From Azolla caroliniana (lineage: Eukaryota; Plantae; Polypodiophyta): 64,000 bases of DNA. The DNA lies in NCBI GenBank assembly GCA_043228905.1, contig JBHGNT010000010.1, positions 14,508,001 through 14,572,000 on the forward strand. Direction: 5' to 3'. Shown here piece by piece: positions 57,501 to 64,000 of this stretch. Each line of letters opens with the position of its first letter. Position 1 is the first letter of the stretch. A model generated the notes under the pieces. That model was not told the origin of the DNA. It searched no databases and saw only the letters and a program-made list of their open reading frames with translations. A program made the translations under genes and the position numbers.

Positions 57501-59881
57501 GCGGAAGAGCGACTTCGGGCGTGCGGAGTTCTCGGGCCCAGCGACGAAATCAACGGAGCCGTGGAGGCGGTCTCCTTCGACTATACCTTGGGAATACTGC
57601 GAGAGGTGGTCGGAGAGGGCCTTAAAGAGCACCGGACAATACCGGTTTGTTCAGAAGAGATGTACGAAGTCATCGCGGACTTCAGTCGAGGGCTCGAGTC
57701 GGATCGGACGGCCCGGGTTAACACGAAGTACAAGACTGTGGACCGGAAGGTAAGGCCAATTGCGGCACCCTTACCGGAGGGCAGCGAGTTGCGAATCAAG
57801 GGGGTCGCGTCGGACCCCAGTTTACGAGATCCGGCCTGCATAGGACACGCCTTCACCGACAGAACGCTACGGGAGCTCAAAATCGGTGGGGGCGGGTTCC
57901 TACTGCCGGTGGAAGAAGACCGGTTTCGGAGAATGCTCGGAAAGCACGGGAAAGCCTTCGCATTCTCACCGGGAGAGATCGGGTGCGTAGACCCGACAGT
58001 CATGAAGCCGATGGTGATATTCACGGTACCGCATATGTCGTGGAATCTCAAACCAATTCCGGTACCGAGAGCTCGCATCCCGGAGCTGATGGAGCTGTTG
58101 AGGCAGAAAATTGATATGGGCATCCTCGAACCGTCGAGTGCCCCGTACTCGAACCGGTGGTTTACCGTACCGAAGAAGAACGGGACGTTGCGCTTCATTG
58201 AAGACCTGCAACCGGTCAACAGAGTGACCATTCGGAACGCAGGAATCAGACCAAAGATAGACGAGTTCGTGGAGGCCTTTGCCGGAAGGTCGATCTACTC
58301 GGTTGGTGATATGTACTCGGGGTACAATCAGTTCCAACTAGCCGTAGAGAGCAGAGACATTACGACGATGCGGACTCCTCTCGGCCTAGTGCGGATGAGT
58401 ACCCTGCCACAAGGAGGGACGAACTCGGTGGCCCACATGGTGAATGCGATGAACAATGTGCTAAGGGATTGTATCTCGGACATCACCATGCCATTCTTGG
58501 ACGACATCCCGATCAAGGGATGTCCGGTGGAGGAAAAGGACAAAACGATCGGACCGGACGGATGCCGGAGATTCGTGGCGACACACATTGACGACTGCGA
58601 GATGGTGCTGCAGAGGCTAGAGGACGCGAGGCTCACCTTCTCCAGGGAGAAATCGACCTTCGGGCAATCAGAGATCATGGTCGTCAGACATCTATGCGGA
58701 CCGTATGGCCGGAAACCGTCTCCGGCTAAGGTGGAAGCCATCTCCGCAATGAAGCCCGACTGTAACTCGGTCACGGAGGTACGGAGGTTCTTGGGAGCAT
58801 GCGCGTTCTACCACATATGGATCCCGCATTACGCCCACGTTGCCGAGCTGCTATAAGGGTTGCTTAAAAAGGGGCAAAAATTTGAGTGGCAAGACAAGCA
58901 TGCGGAGTCAGTCCGAAAAATGAAGGAGGCTCTTGCTGCAGCTCCGGCACTCCGGATGGCTGTCTACGAGAAAGGCACTCCCATCTACATAACAGTAGAT
59001 ACGAGTCCGACCGGGATCGGATGGGTCATCAACCAAGAAGATGGGGATGGCATTCGGTTCCCGATCCGGTTCAGCGCGAAGGTCCTCAGCGAGCGACAAC
59101 GAAGATACGCCCAGGTTAAACGCGAACTCTGGGGTATCGTTTCGGCGGTGAAGGCCGATAAAGACTATCTGATCGGGACAGAGGTGATTATCGAGACGGA
59201 CTGCCTGCCGATTCTCGGCATGGTTTCCGGATGCACAACCCCGGACCTGGCAATGCTCAGGTGGATAGCGTACATCAAGTCCCTGGATCCGGAAATACGA
59301 CACATTTCCGGGAAAGACAATGCCATGGCCGACATGCTTTCGAGGGCGCGATTCGACGACGAGGGCGGCATGGTTTCGGAAGACGAGGAAGTCGGCGTAG
59401 ACTTCTTCGAGGCGGCCTACGTGACAACCGAGGGAGGGAGCAATCCGGCACTTAACGATTTTAACGAGAGCCAGTACGACGGGGAGTGGCTGCAGATTGG
59501 GGGATTCTTAAGGACGATGACGCCAGACGCGTCATGGACAAAGAACGAGGCCAACCGGATCCGGAAGAAAGCATACCGATTCTTTCTCCGGGACGGATAC
59601 TTGTGGAAGCACCCGAAGAAGAGAAACGACATCCCGCTCCGAGTAGTGGTGATGGAGGAGGAACAGGAGGAGTTGTTGAAGGCCTACCACGACAGCCCCT
59701 GGGCTGGACACCGTGGGACGTGGGCCACGTTCGAGAAACTAAAGGGGAAGTACTGGTGGCCGGGACTGTACCGGGACGTGCATCGGTTCGTGACAACTTG
59801 TGAGAGCTGTCAGATACACTCCATAGTCCGACATCGGGACGGGCTTCACCCTACATACCCTCTGGCCCTCCACTTCAAATG
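54520..59881 (+). mobile_element. Trp-primed Gypsy copy 3: LTR 54520-55159, PBS 55164-55180, gag-PR 55204-57330, pol 57321-59881 interrupted in integrase
   Basis: TGTCG...GCGACA; CMWCDEVGHIRKDC; LVDHGSEIN; FLDDIP; VDTSPTG; HDSPWAGH...CESC. Confidence 0.95.
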
Positions 59882-62800
59882 TGTAGAGAAATCGACGCTC
59901 CGATTAACCTTCACCACTCGGCCACAACCGAGTAAGCACGAATCAATGCAGCAGAAAATAGGAACCACAGAGAAAGAACACGAATACACAGGGATTAACG
60001 TGGAAAACCCTAGACGGGAAAAACCACGGGAGTACAAGACTCCAAACCAAAACTATGCACAGAGAAATATACAATGGCGAGCTGCAAGGCGACGACCTTG
60101 AGCTCGTTGTCCTCGCCACAGGCGGCGGAAATACACAGAGGCGTCGACCTCCTCCTCTCTCACGCTCTATCTCTCTCACGGCTGCTCTCTCTTCACTCCT
60201 CTTGAGTGGAAAAACAGAAAAAATGAGTAGCAACTTTAAAACTGTTTGCCCTAAGTCATATTTATACACATATGACTTTGGGGCTATTTACAACTATAGC
60301 CTCAAGGGCCCTTGGCAAACATATTCACAGATATGTCCCTGCATCCGGATCTCGCTCCGGGTACATTCGTCATCCGGCTCCGAAGCCGGGGTCTTCATCA
60401 TCCGGTTCCGAAACCGAAACCGGGCTTGTCGGCATTCATCTCCGATATCCGACCATCCCATCCGAAGGGACCGTAATCCCAACAAACTCCCCCTTCACTT
60501 CGGCATGGGATGTCTCTCCAATCCGATCCTCTTCCGGCATGCTTCCAGCTTGTCGGGCGTGAGCACCTTGGTCAGCATATCCGACCCGTTCTCGTCCGTG
60601 TGGACCTTCGTCAGCACGAACTCCTTGTCTTCTATCCTTTCCCGGATCCAGTGATATCTTCGCTGGATGTGCTTCGTCCGGGAGTGATAGGCCGCGTTCT
60701 TTGCAAGGTGGATTGCACTCTGACTGTCGCAGTAGAGTTGGTACTCCTCCTGCCGGATACCGAGCTCTCTAATGAAGTCCTTCATCCATATTATTTCCTT
60801 GCCGGCTTCAACAGCTGCCATGTACTCCGCCTCCGTGGTTGACAACGCAACCATCTTCTGCAGCCTCGACTGCCACGAAACAGCTCCCCCTGCATACGTC
60901 ATCACATACCCTGATGTGGACCGGCTGGTATCTGCATCAGCCGACATATCCGAATCGGTAAAGCCGTCGAGTTCGGGCTTACCGGAGCCGAATCAGAGGC
61001 ACACGTTTTCCGTGCCCTTCAGGTATCGGAGTATCCACTTGGCCGCGTTCCAATGCTCTTTGCCGGGATTGCTCATGTACCGGCTCACCACTCCGACTGC
61101 ATATCCTATGTCCGGTCGGGTACACACCATTGCGTACATCAAGCTTCCGACGGCAGAGGCATATGGCACTTTCATCATGTCCTCCTTCTCAGCCTTTGTC
61201 TTGGGACTTTGCTTGCTGGACAGCTTGCAGTTTTCCGGGAGGGTCGATCCGACCGGTCTTGCTTCCGACATGTTGAACCGTTTAAGCACCTTTGTCACGT
61301 ACTTTTCCTGTGACAGCCACAACTGCTTCTTGCTCCGGTCCCGGATGATGTGCATCCCTAGTATTTGTCTCGCCGGACCCAGGTCCTTCATTGAGAAGGT
61401 TCGGTGAAGAGCCTTCTTCAGCATCCGTATCTTGACCTGGTCTCGTTCGACGATCAACATGTCGTCCACGTACAGGAGGAGTATTAGAAAGTCTCCTCCT
61501 TCGAACTTCTTCACAAACACGCAGTGGTCGGACTGCGTTTTGAGGTACCCTTCGTCGGTCATGAAGGAGTCGAACTTCCGGTACCATTGCCGGGGAGCCT
61601 GCTTCAGTCCGTAAAGGCTCTTCTTCAACCGGCATACCAGGTGCTCCTTCCCTTTCTTCTCGAATCCTTCCGGTTGCTGCATGTAGATTTCTTCTTCGAG
61701 GTCACCGTGAAGGAATGCCGTCTTCACGTCCATCTGTTCTACCTCGAGGTCCATGCTTGCCGCTATGCTCAGCACCGTCCGGATGGAGGTCATCTTCACT
61801 ACCGGGGCAAATATCTCGTCGAAGTCGACGCCCTTCTTTTGCTGAAACCCCTTCACCACGATCCTGGCTTTGTATCTCGGGGGGTTTCCGGCATCTCCCG
61901 GTTTCAGCTTGAACACCCACTTGTTTCGAAGTGCCCGCTTTCCTTTCGGCAACTCCACAAGTTCATATGTGTGGTTCTCATGCAGGGAATCCATCTCGTC
62001 CTGCATGGCACTCAACCACCTGCGGCTCTGGGTGTCATGCTTTGCTTCTTCAAAGCTCTCCGGCTCCCCCTCGTCGGTTAGCAACAGGTGCTCTGGTTCC
62101 GGAAATCTCCGGGGGGCCCTTCTCTCTCTTAGAGGATATCTCCGTTCCGGAGCTTCGGTAACCGGTTCTTCCGATTCTTCTTCATCCGAATCTATTTCGG
62201 GATCGGGGCCGGTTCCGGTATCATTTTCATCTTCTTCGGCCGGTTCTGTTTCTTCACCGTCTTCGGCCGGATCCTCGAGTGCTAACCGGTCCCTTGCCGG
62301 TCGGGACTGCTCCTCGTAGAGTTGATCCTCACCGGTCGACTTGGAGCTCTTCATCTTCTTCTCCGACTCCCAGTCGGCGAGTGTCTTGTTCTCCATGAAG
62401 ATGATATCACGACTCCGGAATATCTTCTTGTCGACCGGGTCCCATACTCGGTAGCCGAACTCGTCATCGTCGTAACCGAGGAATATGCATGGCCGGGTCT
62501 TTGGATCTAGCTTTCCTCTCCGGTCCTTTGCCACATGCACGTATGCGAGACACCCGAACACCTTCAGATGCCGGTAGGATACTTCCCTACCGGTCCACAC
62601 TCTCTGCGGCATGTCTCCGTCCAAAGGTACTGAGGGTGATCTGTTTATCACGTATGTCGCCGTCGACATCGCCTCAGCCCAAAACCCCTTGGGTAATTCC
62701 GCATGCGCCAGCATGCTCCGGACCCTCTCCATTATGGTCCGATTCATCCTCTCGGCCAGCCCGTTCAGTTCCGGCGTCTTCGGCACAGTAAACTCGAGCC

Positions 62801-64000
62801 GGATTCCCTTCGAGCGACAGTACTCCTGGAACTGTCCCCGGTATTCCCCTCCGTTATCCGCTCGTATCGCTTTCAGCTTCTTGCCGGATTCTCTTTCCAC
62901 TCTCGCGTGGAGTTCTTTGAAGACGGACAACACTTGGTCCTTTGTCTTCATCGGTGCCGTCCACAGTCTTCGGCTATGATCATCTATGAATGTTACGAAG
63001 TACTGGGCTCCGCCATGTGACTTCGTTTCTACCTGACACACATCGGTGTGCACCAACTCCAATGGTGCGCTACGTCTCGTCGGTGGCCTTGAGTGGAAGG
63101 AGGTTCGGTTCTGTTTACCGGCCAGGCAATCGGTGCACTTCTCCAGGTGCACATGCTTCACTGGAATAAGGTTGTCTTCTGCAAGCCTCTTCATCCCCTT
63201 CTCACTCATGTGGCACAGTCTTTTGTGCCACAGCTCACCGGCAGTGTCGGCTGCCACATTCAGCTCTTCCGGACATAACCGGGCATTCATCAGGTACAGT
63301 GTGTTGATCTTCCGGGCCCGAGCCACTATCAGGCTCCCTTTGCTGAACTTCATTACGCCGTTCCGGATGCTACTTGTGTAGCCTTCATCGTCTAGCCTCC
63401 CGTCCGAAATCAGGTTCAATCGAACCTCCGGAACGTGTCGGACATCCTTCAGCAGCATTTTACATCCGGTCGAGGTTGTCAACCACACGTCTCCTATGCC
63501 GGCGATCCGGCACGTACCTTCATTTCCCATCCGAACACAGCCATGCTCATCGGCTGTGTAGGATGAGAAGTATCTTCTTTCCAGGGTCAGGTGGAACGAC
63601 GCTCCGGAATCGACCACCCAGGTCGTCTCATCGCCGGCAATGTTTAGCTCACCTTCTTCGGTGATGAGCATGATTTCTTCCTCACTTGCCGCGAGTGCCG
63701 TCGTTCCTTTCCTGTCCTGCCCTCGCCGATCCGAACCATTCCGGTCCGTGGCTCCCCGGTAAGCACCGTTCCGTTCCGAAGACTTCTTCGAATCGGTGTC
63801 GTCGGCTCCGTTGTCTTTTCGGTAATGCCGACAATTCTTTCAGAAGTGCCCCGGCTTCCCACAATGGAAGCATGTGGGTCTTCCTCTTGACTGCGACCGG
63901 GTCCCCGACTTCTCCCGTCTTTGCGGACTCCGGTTCCGTTGTCTTCCCCGATCCGATTCGGTAAACAACATCTTCGGTCCGGAGGCCGGTTCTTTATCTC
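59882..64000 (-). mobile_element. Copia family B: 3' LTR 59882-60484, PPT 60485-60497, nearly intact pol, runs off window
   Basis: 892-aa ORF 60993-63671 (PR-INT-RT, DVKTAF and YVDD intact) plus RNase H 60495-60947, separated by one TGA. Confidence 0.96.

Noticed and set aside
58860-60654. Novel integrase C-terminus and 199-aa ORF
   Set aside because: Chimeric read-through into the Copia LTR inserted at 59882
60993-60995. Programmed stop read-through, since the same TGA occurs at 34174-34176
   Set aside because: The third copy has CGA at 32435-32437; recurrent CpG deamination explains it

Overview
Eukaryotic, almost certainly land-plant DNA (probably a fern or lycophyte; inference from the transposon lineages present). 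It is a deeply nested, mostly decayed transposon cluster around one small host gene (3 coding exons, 15845-20533, ~96 aa). Contents: three copies of a tRNA-Trp-primed Ty3/Gypsy family (one full-length, 1246-8677, 4-bp TSD); at least two Ty1/Copia families, including a tail-to-tail pair at 28373-37882; a young Tat-type Gypsy with a second, archaeal-type RNase H (42300-48880); a non-coding LTR family with 54-bp arrays; LINE fragments; and an intact 926-aa Sola1/DUF7869-like DDD transposase ORF (38541-41321). There is a 100-N gap at 42200-42299. Most notable observations: (1) a conserved GGAUUUU slippery site plus stem-loop placing a predicted -1 ribosomal frameshift after the protease in all three Trp-primed Gypsy copies; (2) a CCGG-rich U3 module shared between a Gypsy LTR and a Copia LTR; (3) antisense tRNA-like A/B-box modules inside several Gypsy-type LTRs; (4) the intact transposase with a repeated N-terminal peptide, a 36-bp direct repeat plus hairpin at its visible end and a divergent second gene. 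All coordinates and comparisons were made by eye; no searches were run.
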